From the NCBI GenBank assembly GCA_032718475.1, contig JAUCBJ010006039.1, positions 1 to 64,000 of the forward strand: 64,000 bases of DNA, given 5' to 3'. The notes beneath the pieces were generated by a model. The model saw nothing but the letters and a program-made list of their open reading frames with translations. It searched no databases and had not been told where the DNA came from. This document shows, piece by piece, positions 39,440 to 51,658 of this stretch. This DNA is from Nemertoderma westbladi. Lineage: Eukaryota > Animalia > Xenacoelomorpha. A program made the translations under genes and the position numbers. Each line of letters opens with the position of its first letter. Position 1 is the stretch's first letter.

Positions 39440-40332
39440 CTCAATGCCACAAAAGTTATCCCACTACAATCGCGATCATCGCTAACGTCGTGATGGGGTG
39501 TTTTGCGACAAGATACTATCATAGCGAAGCATTAGCTGTGAGAGTGTTTCTCATTTTAGGTTTTTTTAGTGGTGTTATGGGTCAAGTACACCCTGAAGTA
39601 TACCATTGCAGTTCCAATAAGCATAAAATGAGTCAAATACCACCACTAAAAGTCAACAAAGTGATATATATATATACAGATACCTATATCACCTCGCAAT
39701 AGCACAAGATCTTGAATTGTAATATGAAATATACACCATGACTGCAAAAGTACTGATGATTTGGTCATAAAATGTGATTATTGTCCAACTAAATTATACA
39801 TTGCAGTTTCAATGAACCCAAAATGAGACCCAAAAGGCCAGAACACCACTAAGAAAGCCTACAATAAGAATTATTCACATATACTTAGCAATCTATCGCA
39901 TCGCGATTAGGCCGAAGTCTTGGCTTGTGAAATACAGGCCATACACAATACAGTAGCTTCATAATACTGATAATTTGGTCTTAAAAGTTAAAGTTAAAAC
40001 ATGCCTCTAGCTGTCTAGCTGTCTAGTACAACTAAATCGACCATTGTGGTTCCAATGAAACCAAAATGAGTCACAAAGCACCAGTAAACGAGCACCATAA
40101 CGTTATGGGGTATTTTTATACCCCATCTTACATAACTAAGTTGTTTTCAAATTAAGGGCCCATAACATTTTTCATAAACAAAATTTTATGGGTTTGACCA
40201 ACACAATCGTTAAATTACAAGTTTTTTGGAAGATACTATGAAGCTGAAACATACATAATATGAGAGATTGTCGAAAAATATCAAAAGTAATCCCCTTGGG
40301 GTATTATTTTACCCCACGTTACCGGGGGAGGG
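39440..40332. mobile_element. piggyBac-like element fragment (right end only)
   Basis: Ends ...GGGAGGG|TTAA; repeated GGGGTA...TACCCC subterminal hairpins; degenerate ~200-bp internal repeats. Left end not found. Confidence 0.3.
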
Positions 40333-41165
40333 TTAAAGCAGTAATTTAACATTAGGCTCTTATCACTAATCTAATAAATTTTGTGGAATTTCGGACTTTT
40401 TGCTATTGGCCCGAATGGAAAATAGTAATTAGCGCTTCATTACTTGGGGTTACAGTACTACTTTAATTATTGTTTGGGCCGCCACTCTTGTAACCTGCGA
40501 AGCCAACTAGATCTGTGAAAAGTGGCGCCTCTTGTTTTCAGGGCTCCAGGGCTTACAGCAGTAATAGTACATACAGTGTGCTACAGGACCGCTACTGTAG
40601 TACTTTGCAGTGTAGACCGTTGGACCATTTCTGCATTATTGTTTTACAGTTTTATGTTATCAAACTCAGAAACTGCTTACCTTGTTGTGTATTTTTCACT
40701 ACGACTGTGTGTGATCGTTTATTGTTTTGCTTAGAAAAGCCCGCTTCTGTAACCTACTCCTTTCCCTCAATTGGTAAAGTGGCCGTTTTTCTTTTGGTTA
40801 GAAAACCCTTCCTTTGTACCTGCTCCTTTCCCTAAATTGGTTTATGACGTGTGTTACTTATATTATGCGGAGGCCTCCAAACACGTTAATCCCGGCCTAT
40901 AATATGATGTGAATACAGGGTTCTCCTGTATTGAAATTGCTAAAACCAGCCCAGCACCAGGCAGATACGAATTATTCGATGGCTGCCGTGTCTCAGCACC
41001 TAAGTAGGAAAATCTGTGTGTGATTGTTGCATGTAGGTCCACAACCCGAATAGGCCTATCAATGGAGCCGAATTGTCCTGCTTCCGGGAATATTAGAAAA
41101 CTGTAGGTAGAGGTGAGCGTGAGGGTCTGGTCGGTTTATATAATAATAAATAAATTATCTTTCAG

Positions 41166-41381
41166 AATGCCCACCAACTCCGCGTTCCCAGAGCACCCCA
41201 GCTGGGGTGATCATAGCCCGGGCGAACCGCGCTAGTAAGAACTTCCGATGTGCTCTAACAATTCTTCTGGGACTCAGCGCCCTCATTGTTATCGTTATGT
41301 GTCTCTCCGGGTTCCTTATTTACCGACATTGGCATCGCAACAGGTACTCCTCTGTATGTCGCGTTCGATTCGGCGATGAAG
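41166..41381 (+). CDS. ITM2: ITM2/BRI2-family gene, coding exon 2 (type II transmembrane segment)
   Basis: Acceptor TTTCAG; ECPPTP...CALTILLGLSALIVIVMCLSGFLIYRHWHRNRYSSVCRVRFGDE; donor G|GTTGGT; 216 bp, phase 1 to phase 1. Confidence 0.8.
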
Positions 41382-41556
41382 GTTGGTCTAACACACCGGA
41401 ATTCAAATTATTAAGTTTATCTAAAATACATTTGTTTCCTTTTTAGTTGTTTTTAACTTATTAAGCACAGCTCCAATTCTGTGGTTTATTTTAGGGTTGT
41501 AAGAAACCACCATATATTTTTAAAAGTGCGAACATGCTCCTAAATGGACCGAGCAC

Positions 41557-42586
41557 CGCCCTGTCTGACTGCCTCCATCCCCGGAACCATGGACCCGCCC
41601 TATCTGACTGCATCCATCCCCAGAACCATGAACCCCGCCCTGTCTGACGGCCTCCATCCCCGGAACCATGGATCCCGCCCTGTCTGACGGCCTCCATCCC
41701 CAGAACCATGGACCCCGCCCTGTCTGACGGCCTCCATCCCCAGAACCATAGACCCCTCCCTGTCTCCATCTTCGGAACCATGAACCACGCCCTGTCTGAC
41801 TGTCCCCATCCCAAGAAACATGGACCTCGCCCTGTCTGACTGCCTCCAACCCCGGAACCATGGACCCTGCCCTGTCTGACGGCCTCCATCCCCGGAACCA
41901 TGGACCCCGCCCTGTCTGACGGCCTCCATCCCCGGAACCATGGACCCCGCCCTGTCTGACGGCCTCCATCCCCGGAACCATGGACCCCGCCCTGTCTGAC
42001 GGCCTCCATCCCCGGAACCATGGACCCCGCCCTGTCTGACGGCCTCCATCCCCAGAACCATGGACCCCGCCCTGTCTGACGGCCTCCATCCCCGGAACCA
42101 TCGACCCCGCCCTGTCTGACTGTCTCCATCCCTGGAACCATGGACCCTGCCCTGTCTGACGGCCTCCATCCCAATAACCGTGGACCCTGCCCTGTCTGAC
42201 TGTCTCCATCCCTGGAACCATGGACCTCACCCTGTCTGACTGTCTCCATCCCCGGAACCATGGACCCTGCCCTGTCTGACGGCCTCCATCCCAATAACCA
42301 TGGACCCCGCCCTGTCTGACTGTCTCCATCCCCGGAACCATGGACCCCGTCCTGTCTGACTGTCTCCATCCTCGGAACCATGGATCCCGGCCTGTCTGAA
42401 GGCCTCCATCCCCAGAACCATGGACCCCACCCTGTCTGAAGGCCTCCATCCCCGGAACCATGGACCTCGCCCTGTCTGACTGTCTCCATCCTCGGAACCA
42501 TGTACCCCGCCCTGTCTGACGGCCTCCATCCCCGGAACCATGGACCCCGTCCTGTCTGAAGGCCTCCATCCCTGGAACCATGGACC
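41557..42586. repeat. 40-bp GC-rich minisatellite (about 26 copies) in intron 2
   Basis: Unit CCATGGACCCCGCCCTGTCTGACGGCCTCCATCCCCGGAA, more diverged than the other arrays. Confidence 0.95.
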
Positions 42587-42840
42587 ACATATATATTTAA
42601 TATATTTGATATAATAATTAATTGTATAGTAATATATCGTAGCTTATGTGTTATAAGACCCTAAGTCGATTTTTGTCGGTTTTTACTTTTTTAATACAAT
42701 TCCACACTTTAAGACATGATCTAACAGCTGGTGAAGTTTTGAACATTTTAACCAATGGGAAGTGATGATTATTACGTAATAAAGTGAAATCCAAAAATAA
42801 TAATATAAAGGCCCATTCCGACAAGTGCCTTCCAAAATCT

Positions 42841-45800
42841 GTTAGCAGTTGAGAAGGACTGCGAGCGCCTCACGTTCTTCCCCAACCGTTAGCAGTTGAG
42901 AAGAACTGCGAGCGCCTCACGTTCTTCCCCAACCGTTAGCAGTTGAGAAGGACTGCGAGCGCCTCACGTTCTTCCCCAACCGTTAGCAGTTGAGAAGGAC
43001 TGCGAGCGCCTCACGTTCTTCCCCAACCGTTAGCAGTTGAGAAGGACTGCGAGCGCCTCACGTTCTTCCCCAACCGTTAGCAGTTGAGAAGGACTGCGAG
43101 CGCCTCACGTTCTTCCCCAACCGTTAGCAGTTGAGAAGGACTGCGAGCGCCTCACGTTCTTCCCCAACCGTTAGCAGTTGAGAAGGACTGCGAGCGCCTC
43201 ACGTTCTTCCCCAACCGTTAGCAGTTGAGAAGGACTGCGAGCGCCTCACGTTCTTCCCCAACCGTTAGCAGTTGAGAAGGACTGCGAGCGCCTCACGTTC
43301 TTCCCCAACCGTTAGCAGTTGAGAAGGACTGCGAGCGCCTCACGTTCTTCCCCAACCGTTAGCAGTTGAGAAGGACTGCGAGCGCCTCACGTTCTTCCCC
43401 AACCGTTAGCAGTTGAGAAGGACTGCGAGCGCCTCACGTTCTTCCCCAACCGTTAGCAGTTGAGAAGGACTGCGAGCGCCTCACGTTCTTCCCCAACCGT
43501 TAGCAGTTGAGAAGGACTGCGAGCGCCTCACGTTCTTCCCCAACCGTTAGCAGTTGAGAAGGACTGCGAGCGCCTCACGTTCTTCCCCAACCGTTAGCAG
43601 TTGAGAAGGACTGCGAGCGCCTCACGTTCTTCCCCAACCGTTAGCAGTTGAGAAGGACTGCGAGCGCCTCACGTTCTTCCCCAACCGTTAGCAGTTGAGA
43701 AGGACTGCGAGCGCCTCACGTTCTTCCTCAACCGTTAGCAGTTGAGAAGGACTGCGAGCGCCTCACGTTCTTCCCCAACCGTTAGCAGTTGAGAAGGACT
43801 GCGAGCGCCTCACGTTCTTCCCCAACCGTTAGCAGTTGAGAAGGACTGCGAGCGCCTCACGTTCTTCCCCAACCATTAGCAGTTGAGAAGGACTGCGAGC
43901 GCCTCACGTTCTTCCTCAACCGTTAGCAGTTGAGAAGGACTGCGAGCGCCTCACGTTCTTCCCCAACCGTTAGCAGTTGAGAAGGACTGCGAGCGCCTCA
44001 CGTTCTTCCCCAACCGTTAGCAGTTGAGAAGGACTGCGAGCGCCTCACGTTCTTCCCCAACCGTTAGCAGTTGAGAAGGACTGCGAGCGCCTCACGTTCT
44101 TCCCCAACCATTAGCAGTTGAGAAGGACTGCGAGCGCCTCACGTTCTTCCCCAACCGTTAGCAGTTGAGAAGGACTGCGAGCGCCTCACGTTCTTCCCCA
44201 ACCGTTCGCAGTTGAGAAGGACTGCGAGCGCCTCACGTTCTTCCCCAACCGTTAGCAGTTGAGAAGGACTGCGAGCGCCTCACGTTCTTCCCCAACCGTT
44301 AGCAGTTGAGAAGGACTGCGAGCGCCTCACGTTCTTCCCCAACCATTAGCAGTTGAGAAGGACTGCGAGCGCCTCACGTTCTTCCCCAACCGTTAGCAGT
44401 TGAGAAGGACTGCGAGCGCCTCACGTTCTTCCCCAACCGTTAGCAGTTGAGAAGGACTGCGAGCGCCTCACGTTCTTCCCCAACCGTTAGCAGTTGAGAA
44501 GGACTGCGAGCGCCTCACGTTCTTCCCCAACCGTTAGCAGTTGAGAAGGACTGCGAGCGCCTCACGTTCTTCCCCAACCGTTAGCAGTTGAGAAGGACTG
44601 CGAGCGCCTCACGTTCTTCCCCAACCGTTAGCAGTTGAGAAGGACTGCGAGCGCCTCACGTTCTTCCTCAACCGTTAGCAGTTGAGAAGGACTGCGAGCG
44701 CCTCACGTTCTTCCTCAACCGTTAGCAGTTGAGAAGGACTGCGAGCGCCTCACGTTCTTCCTCAACCGTTAGCAGTTGAGAAGGACTGCGAGCGCCTCAC
44801 GTTCTTCCCCAACCGTTAGCAGTTGAGAAGGACTGCGAGCGCCTCACGTTCTTCCTCAACCGTTAGCAGTTGAGAAGGACTGCGAGCGCCTCACGTTCTT
44901 CCCCAACCGTTAGCAGTTGAGAAGGACTGCGAGCGCCTCACGTTCTTCCCCAACCGTTAGCAGTTGAGAAGGACTGCGAGCGCCTCACGTTCTTCCCCAA
45001 CCGTTAGCAGTTGAGAAGGACTGCGAGCGCCTCACGTTCTTCCCCAACCGTTAGCAGTTGAGAAGGACTGCGAGCGCCTCACGTTCTTCCCCAACCGTTA
45101 GCAGTTGAGAAGGACTGCGAGCGCCTCACGTTCTTCCCCAACCGTTAGCAGTTGAGAAGGACTGCGAGCGCCTCACGTTCTTCCTCAACCGTTAGCAGTT
45201 GAGAAGGACTGCGAGCGCCTCACGTTCTTCCTCAACCGTTAGCAGTTGAGAAGGACTGCGAGCGCCTCACGTTCTTCCCCAACCGTTAGCAGTTGAGAAG
45301 GACTGCGAGCGCCTCACGTTCTTCCCCAACCGTTAGCAGTTGAGAAGGACTGCGAGCGCCTCACGTTCTTCCCCAACCGTTAGCAGTTGAGAAGGACTGC
45401 GAGCGCCTCACGTTCTTCCCCAACCGTTAGCAGTTGAGAAGGACTGCGAGCGCCTCACGTTCTTCCCCAACCGTTAGCAGTTGAGAAGGACTGCGAGCGC
45501 CTCACGTTCTTCCCCAACCGTTAGCAGTTGAGAAGGACTGCGAGCGCCTCACGTTCTTCCTCAACCGTTAGCAGTTGAGAAGGACTGCGAGCGCCTCACG
45601 TTCTTCCCCAACCGTTAGCAGTTGAGAAGGACTGCGAGCGCCTCACGTTCTTCCCCAACCGTTAGCAGTTGAGAAGGACTGCGAGCGCCTCACGTTCTTC
45701 CTCAACCGTTAGCAGTTGAGAAGGACTGCGAGCGCCTCACGTTCTTCCCCAACCGTTAGCAGTTGAGAAGGACTGCGAGCGCCTCACGTTCTTCCCCAAC

Positions 45801-46769
45801 CATTAGCAGTTGAGAAGGACTGCGAGCGCCTCACGTTCTTCCTCAACCGTTAGCAGTTGAGAAGGACTGCGAGCGCCTCACGTTCTTCCCCAACCGTTAG
45901 CAGTTGAGAAGGACTGCGAGCGCCTCACGTTCTTCCCCAACCGTTAGTAGTTGAGAAGGACTGCGAGCGCCTCACGTTCTTCCCCAACCGTTAGCAGTTG
46001 AGAAGGACTGCGAGCGCCTCACGTTCTTCCCCAACCATTAGCAGTTGAGAAGGACTGCGAGCGCCTCACGTTCTTCCCCAACCGTTAGCAGTTGAGAAGG
46101 ACTGCGAGCGCCTCACGTTCTTCCCCAACCGTTCGCAGTTGAGAAGGACTGCGAGCGCCTCACGTTCTTCCCCAGCCGTTAGCAGTTGAGAAGGACTGCG
46201 AGCGCCTCACGTTCTTCCCCAACCGTTAGCAGTTGAGAAGGACTGCGAGCGCCTCACGTTCTTCCCCAACCATTAGCAGTTGAGAAGGACTGCGAGCGCC
46301 TCACGTTCTTCCCCAACCGTTAGCAGTTGAGAAGAACTGCGAGCGCCTCACGTTCTTCCCCAACCGTTAGCAGTTGAGAAGGACTGCGAGCGCCTCACGT
46401 TCTTCCCCAACCATTAGCAGTTGAGAAGGACTGCGAGCGCCTCACGTTCTTCCCCAACCGTTAGCAGTTGAGAAGGACTGCGAGCGCCTCACGTTCTTCC
46501 CCAACCGTTAGCAGTTGAGAAGGACTGCGAGCGCCTCACGTTCTTCCCCAACCATTAGCAGTTGAGAAGGACTGCGAGCGCCTCACGTTCTTCCTCAACC
46601 GTTAGCAGTTGAGAAGGACTGCGAGCGCCTCACGTTCTTCCTCAACCGTTAGCAGTTGAGAAGGACTGCGAGCGCCTCACGTTCTTCCTCAACCGTTAGC
46701 AGTTGAGAAGGACTGCGAGCGCCTCACGTTCTTCCCCAACCGTTAGCAGTTGAGAAGGACTGCGAGCGC
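42841..46769. repeat. 47-bp tandem array (about 83 copies) in intron 2
   Basis: Unit GTTAGCAGTTGAGAAGGACTGCGAGCGCCTCACGTTCTTCCCCAACC. Confidence 0.97.
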
Positions 46770-46928
46770 GATAAAAATAATAAAAAAAGGCCCTATTATA
46801 TATTAATAATGCACACATGGCTTAAAGTATAATGCAGCACAATGATAATATTGGTACATTGAAGCGCACATATTATATAACATCAGCATCCCTGAAGGAG
46901 GTTGGTTCTAGGATCCACTAGAATACAC

Positions 46929-47088
46929 ATGGATCTGGGATCCACGGAGATGGATCTGGGATCCACGGAGATGGATCTGGGATTTACGGAGATGGATCTG
47001 GGATCCATGGTGATGGATCTGGGATCCACCGCAATGGATCTTGGTTCCACCGCGATGGATCTGGGATCCACATCGATGGATCCCGGAT
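46929..47088. repeat. 21-bp minisatellite (about 7-8 copies)
   Basis: Unit ATGGATCTGGGATCCACGGAG, just upstream of the exon 3 acceptor. Confidence 0.85.
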
Positions 47089-47141
47089 GTTCTACTGGAT
47101 TCGACTTCCACAATTATTAAGTTATATATGTTTTATCGCAG

Positions 47142-47310
47142 ACGTCTACGGTAAGATGGTTTCACTCCCCGACGGTAAAGTACAGTCGCAGGACTATTAC
47201 CCTGAGGACTGGATCCTGGGCCTTGGATCTCCGTTCCAGAACTACTTCGTCGAGCATTTCGAAGTGAGCGATGATCTAGAGAAGATCGATGTTCAGCCGC
47301 CAGATATCAG
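47142..47310 (+). CDS. ITM2: ITM2/BRI2-family gene, coding exon 3
   Basis: Acceptor TTTTATCGCAG; DVYGKMVSL...FVEHFEVSDDLEKIDVQPPDI; donor AG|GTTAGG; phase 1 to phase 2. Confidence 0.8.
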
Positions 47311-47618
47311 GTTAGGTCGGTGGGGCGAGCCATTTATCAATTCCTGCTTTAATGACCTCCTAGACTTTACTAAGTTTTCTAAGTCTGGTTAGTTCCCAAT
47401 GTTCAATGGCCTCCGCTAGGGGGCTCTAACTAAATATGTCTGGGCAATGTGTCCTAGTAATATCGGAGTTACTTAATACGCCCCCTACCGGAGTTCCCCT
47501 GAACTAGTAATGGGACGGTTTTGGTCTCTCTATATCCTGTTACTGACCGCACTATCACATACTCCCACTGCAGTCTCAGACGCCCCATCTAACCTATGTC
47601 TTATGATTATTGTTACAG

Positions 47619-47769
47619 CAACGGCGACCACGTCTGGATTTGGCACGACTTTAACCGCGAACTCACAGCTTACCGCGATTTCGATACCAACGAATGTTAC
47701 GTTCGATCTCTCGACGTCGCCAACACGAAACCCCCCACTACAATGATCGACCTTCTCAAACTGCTACAG
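47619..47769 (+). CDS. ITM2: ITM2/BRI2-family gene, coding exon 4 (N-terminal half of the BRICHOS domain)
   Basis: NGDHVWIWHDFNRELTAYRDFDTNECYVRSLDVANTKPPTTMIDLLKLLQ resembles ITM2B [40 protein letters not shown]. Acceptor TTACAG, donor CAG|GTTATT. Later exons were not found in the window. Confidence 0.9.
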
Positions 47770-48063
47770 GTTATTGTTATAATAATTATCTACTGTATGT
47801 ATAAGAATAATAAGTGGGGCCTTCGCGCAACACGTGGCATGAACTTATGTTAAGTGTCAACTCGGACAAATCTAGGGGGATGTTCCCTAATAAGTTACCA
47901 TCTAGAGGCCGACGATATGGGATGGGTAACTGATTTAATTATTTTCCCTATATGCACCGTATTCCAAGGCTGGCTGACTACGTGGCTCGCCCCATCCTTT
48001 TAGTACGTCTCGTTATCTTTGGCTTCTTCTGGACAGAGCTATTATAGCTTTTTAGATATTTAG

Positions 48064-49071
48064 TAGAGTTGAAACAGAGACCTGTCACTGATCTCTGGAT
48101 TCTGCGGGCAGTTTTTTGGTCTCCGGATAGTTCTTTGGTTACCGGGTATGGAAAACAGACATTTTACCCAGAGATCAATGATTTTACAACATAGAAATAG
48201 TTATTTAAAATAGATCCTGTACAACACAAAATGTGAAATGAAGATTATTTTCACAAATTTTTTACAATTAATTATTTATTTAATTTTTTTAACTATTTTT
48301 AATACACCGCTTCAACAAAATTCTATATTCACTTTTACACTGTTTTTAATCTAACTCTAAATCTGACTCAAACAAAATGTACCGATAATCTTCTATTTAA
48401 TTAATTTAAGGTGCGTTTAATTTTAAGTTAAATTAGCACCTAAAGATGGTTCTTATTTAAGGATAAGGGTGCTTAATTTGAGCTCCCGTAATGTTTAAAA
48501 GTGAAAGAAAGGGCTGATCTCCATTCAACTTGTTGTAGGATAGATAATAAGACGACCAAATGAAGAAAACGAGCGTAACGAGGCTTGTAAATGGGGCGAG
48601 TAGAGTACTATACCTGTGCACTAAGTATTCGTAAATATCTAAGTTTATAGTATATCGAAATGTATATGATTTGAAAAATTGTAAAATAAATGCCTTTAAT
48701 TAACAAAGTACCTTTACCTATGGCGCAAACATATTAATGTAATATATTATTAACAATAACAAAATAAGAACGAATTAATAAACAAATAACCAAATTAATA
48801 TTAATTAAGTCCCCCAAACTGTACGTGCGCTTATTTTCTTACAATGGGTCAGGGTTGGAATGGGTTGGAGTTACTGTAATTCAACCATTTAAAAACAGTT
48901 ATCAGTCCATATGTACCTGTCTGTGCTTTATGGGACTAATCAAAATGGAAGAACAAAAATAAGCAAAGTCTCTGATCTCCGGCTCTGGTCTCCGGTATTT
49001 TTCAAAATAATTATCTGGGTAGGTCTCTGGTTTACCGGGATTAAGAAATACAGGTCTCTGTTGCAACTCTA
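48064..49071. mobile_element. hAT-type MITE
   Basis: 21-bp TIR TAGAGTTG(A/C)AACAGAGACCTG; 8-bp TSD ATATTTAG at 48056-48063 and 49072-49079. Confidence 0.88.
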
Positions 49072-49509
49072 ATATTTAGCTAATTTTACTTTTATTATTT
49101 TTAATGTTATTACATTTTCTGAAGAAAAGGCTATTTGCCACAAGTTTTCTAACGAAAGACAATATCGATAAATAGGATGGTTTTGTTTTGTTTAGAACTT
49201 CTTTATGTAGAAGAGTATGAATTTATCGCTATCACAGCTTCACATATTGTTGGCTGCTGATTACAATTATTACTTAATGAGGGTCTGACATCTCATATCT
49301 TCATATAAATATTGTATATTTTTATATAGCCTGTAATTCTAAAATCAGTTTAATAACAGAATGCAGTTGTGCTAAACATAAATAAGCAATGTTCTTGCAA
49401 AATGAGTGCCTTATTTCAGTACCTGTTGATAAGGGTGGGTCTGCTGTAGGCGTACTGTCGGCATATAAGTAGAGGGGCAGTCTGAATTTGGGATGGAACT
49501 CCATTTTAA

Positions 49510-50220
49510 GGGGGGGGTACACCATTTTGGTCCAAAATATGTCGAAATTTTTTTTATGGTCTATTATAATGCACCATTGAATGGTGTTTCCAAATCTGAA
49601 AACCGCTATTTAATAGCTCTTTTAGTTTTCAAGTTATGTAAATTTCCATTTACGGAATCCTATTGAAATTACTATTACTATGTATAATGAAAGGTCGATT
49701 ATCTCCAAATATTTTTTTCATGAAATTGTCAACTTCAAAACCCTACTACTTCTACAATTTTTGAGTAATTAGTCTGAAACTTCCTGTGGGTGTCTAGATA
49801 GCCACCCTGCATAAAAGTATCAGGCAACTTTTCGAAATTTTTTGTTAATAAAATTTAATACTATTTATAAAAAACCTAAAAATTTGCATAAATTTGCAGC
49901 GCCACCTAGCGGTGCAGAATTATTTTAACAAAATTTCGCCTGATAGTTATGTTGCCCCATCTTTGATCTATCATATAAAAAAACTTTCATGTGATCACGT
50001 TCAAAACTGTAAAAGCCTTAGGGTTTTAAGCGCAACCAAGTTTTTTTTGTTGTTAACTAGTATTAACTAATATTAAATAGCCAAAAAAAAAAATTTTCTG
50101 ACCTGTCATGTAGAATAGCATCTTAGGCACCTATATGCCAAATTTTAGCCAAAATCAAACAATTTTGAAACGCTGAGAGTGATAAATCAAAGAGTTGTCC
50201 GAAAATGGTGTACCCCCCCC
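49510..50220. mobile_element. Kolobok-type non-autonomous DNA transposon (711 bp)
   Basis: 19-bp perfect TIR GGGGGGGGTACACCATTTT; TTAA TSD at 49506-49509 and 50221-50224; RR...YY termini. Confidence 0.85.
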
Positions 50221-51658
50221 TTAATGGTTGAAATATAACCAATCATATAAGTAGAGGGGCAGTCTGAATTTGGGATAGAACTGCATTGTATTGGTTGAAA
50301 TATAACCAATCATATAAGTAGAGGAGCAGTCTGAATTTGGGATAGAACTGCATTGTATTGGTTGAAATATAACCAATCATATAAGTAGAGGGGCAGTCTG
50401 AATTTGGGATAGAACTGCATTGTATTGGTTGAAATATAACCAATCATATAAGTAGAGGGGCAGTCTGAATTTGGGATAGAACTGCATTGTATTGGTTGAA
50501 ATATAACCAATCATATAAGTAGAGGAGCAGTCTGAATTTGGGATAGAACTGCATTGTATTGGTTGAAATATAACCAATCATATAAGTAGAGGGGCAGTCT
50601 GAATTTGGGATGGAACTGCATTGTATTGGTTGAAATATAACCAATCATATAAGTAGAGGGGCAGTCTGAATTTGGGATAGAACTCCATTGTATTGGTTGA
50701 AATATAACCAATCATATAAGTAGAGGAGCAGTCTGAATTTGGGATGGAACTGCATTGTATTGGTTGAAATATAACCAATCATATAAGTAGAGGAGCAGTC
50801 TGAATTTGGGATGGAACTGCATTGTATTGGTTGAAATATAACCAATCATATAAGTAGAGGAGCAGTCTGAATTTGGGATGGAACTGCATTGTATTGGTTG
50901 AAATATAACCAATCATATAAGTAGAGGAGCAGTCTGAATTTGGGATGGAACTGCATTGTATTGGTTGAAATATAACCAATCATATAAGTAGAGGAGCAGT
51001 CTGAATTTGGGATGGAACTGCATTGTATTGGTAGAAATATAACCAATCATATAAGTAGAGGAGCAGTCTGAATTTGGGATGGAACTGCATTGTATTGGTT
51101 GAAATATAACCAATCATATAAGTAGAGGAGCAGTCTGAATTTGGGATGGAACTGCATTGTATTGGTTGAAATATAACCAATCATATAAGTAGAGGAGCAG
51201 TCTGAATTTGGGATGGAACTGCATTGTATTGGTTGAAATATAACCAATCATATAAGTAGAGGGGCAGTCTGAATTTGGGATGGAACTGCATTGTATTGGT
51301 AGAAATATAACCAATCATATAAGTAGAGGGGCAGTCTGAATTTGGGATGGAACTGCATTGTATTGGTTGAAATATAACCAATCATATAAGTAGAGGGGCA
51401 GTCTGAATTTGGGATGGAACTGCATTGTATTGGTTGAAATATAACCAATCATATAAGTAGAGGAGCAGTCTGAATTTGGGATAGAACTGCATTGTATTGG
51501 TTGAAATATAACCAATCATATAAGTAGAGGGGCAGTCTGAATTTGGGATGGAACTGCATTGTATTGGTTGAAATATAACCAATCATATAAGTAGAGGGGC
51601 AGTCTGAATTTGGGATAGAACTGCATTGTATTGGTTGAAATATAACCAATCATATAAG

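Noticed and set aside
41342-41348. Alternative exon 2 donor AG|GTACT
   Set aside because: It gives phase 2, which is incompatible with the phase 1 exon 3 acceptor; the donor at 41382 fits.
41491-42590. Gly/Arg-rich 356-365-aa minus-strand ORFs
   Set aside because: Produced by the 40-bp minisatellite, open in multiple frames, inside an intron.
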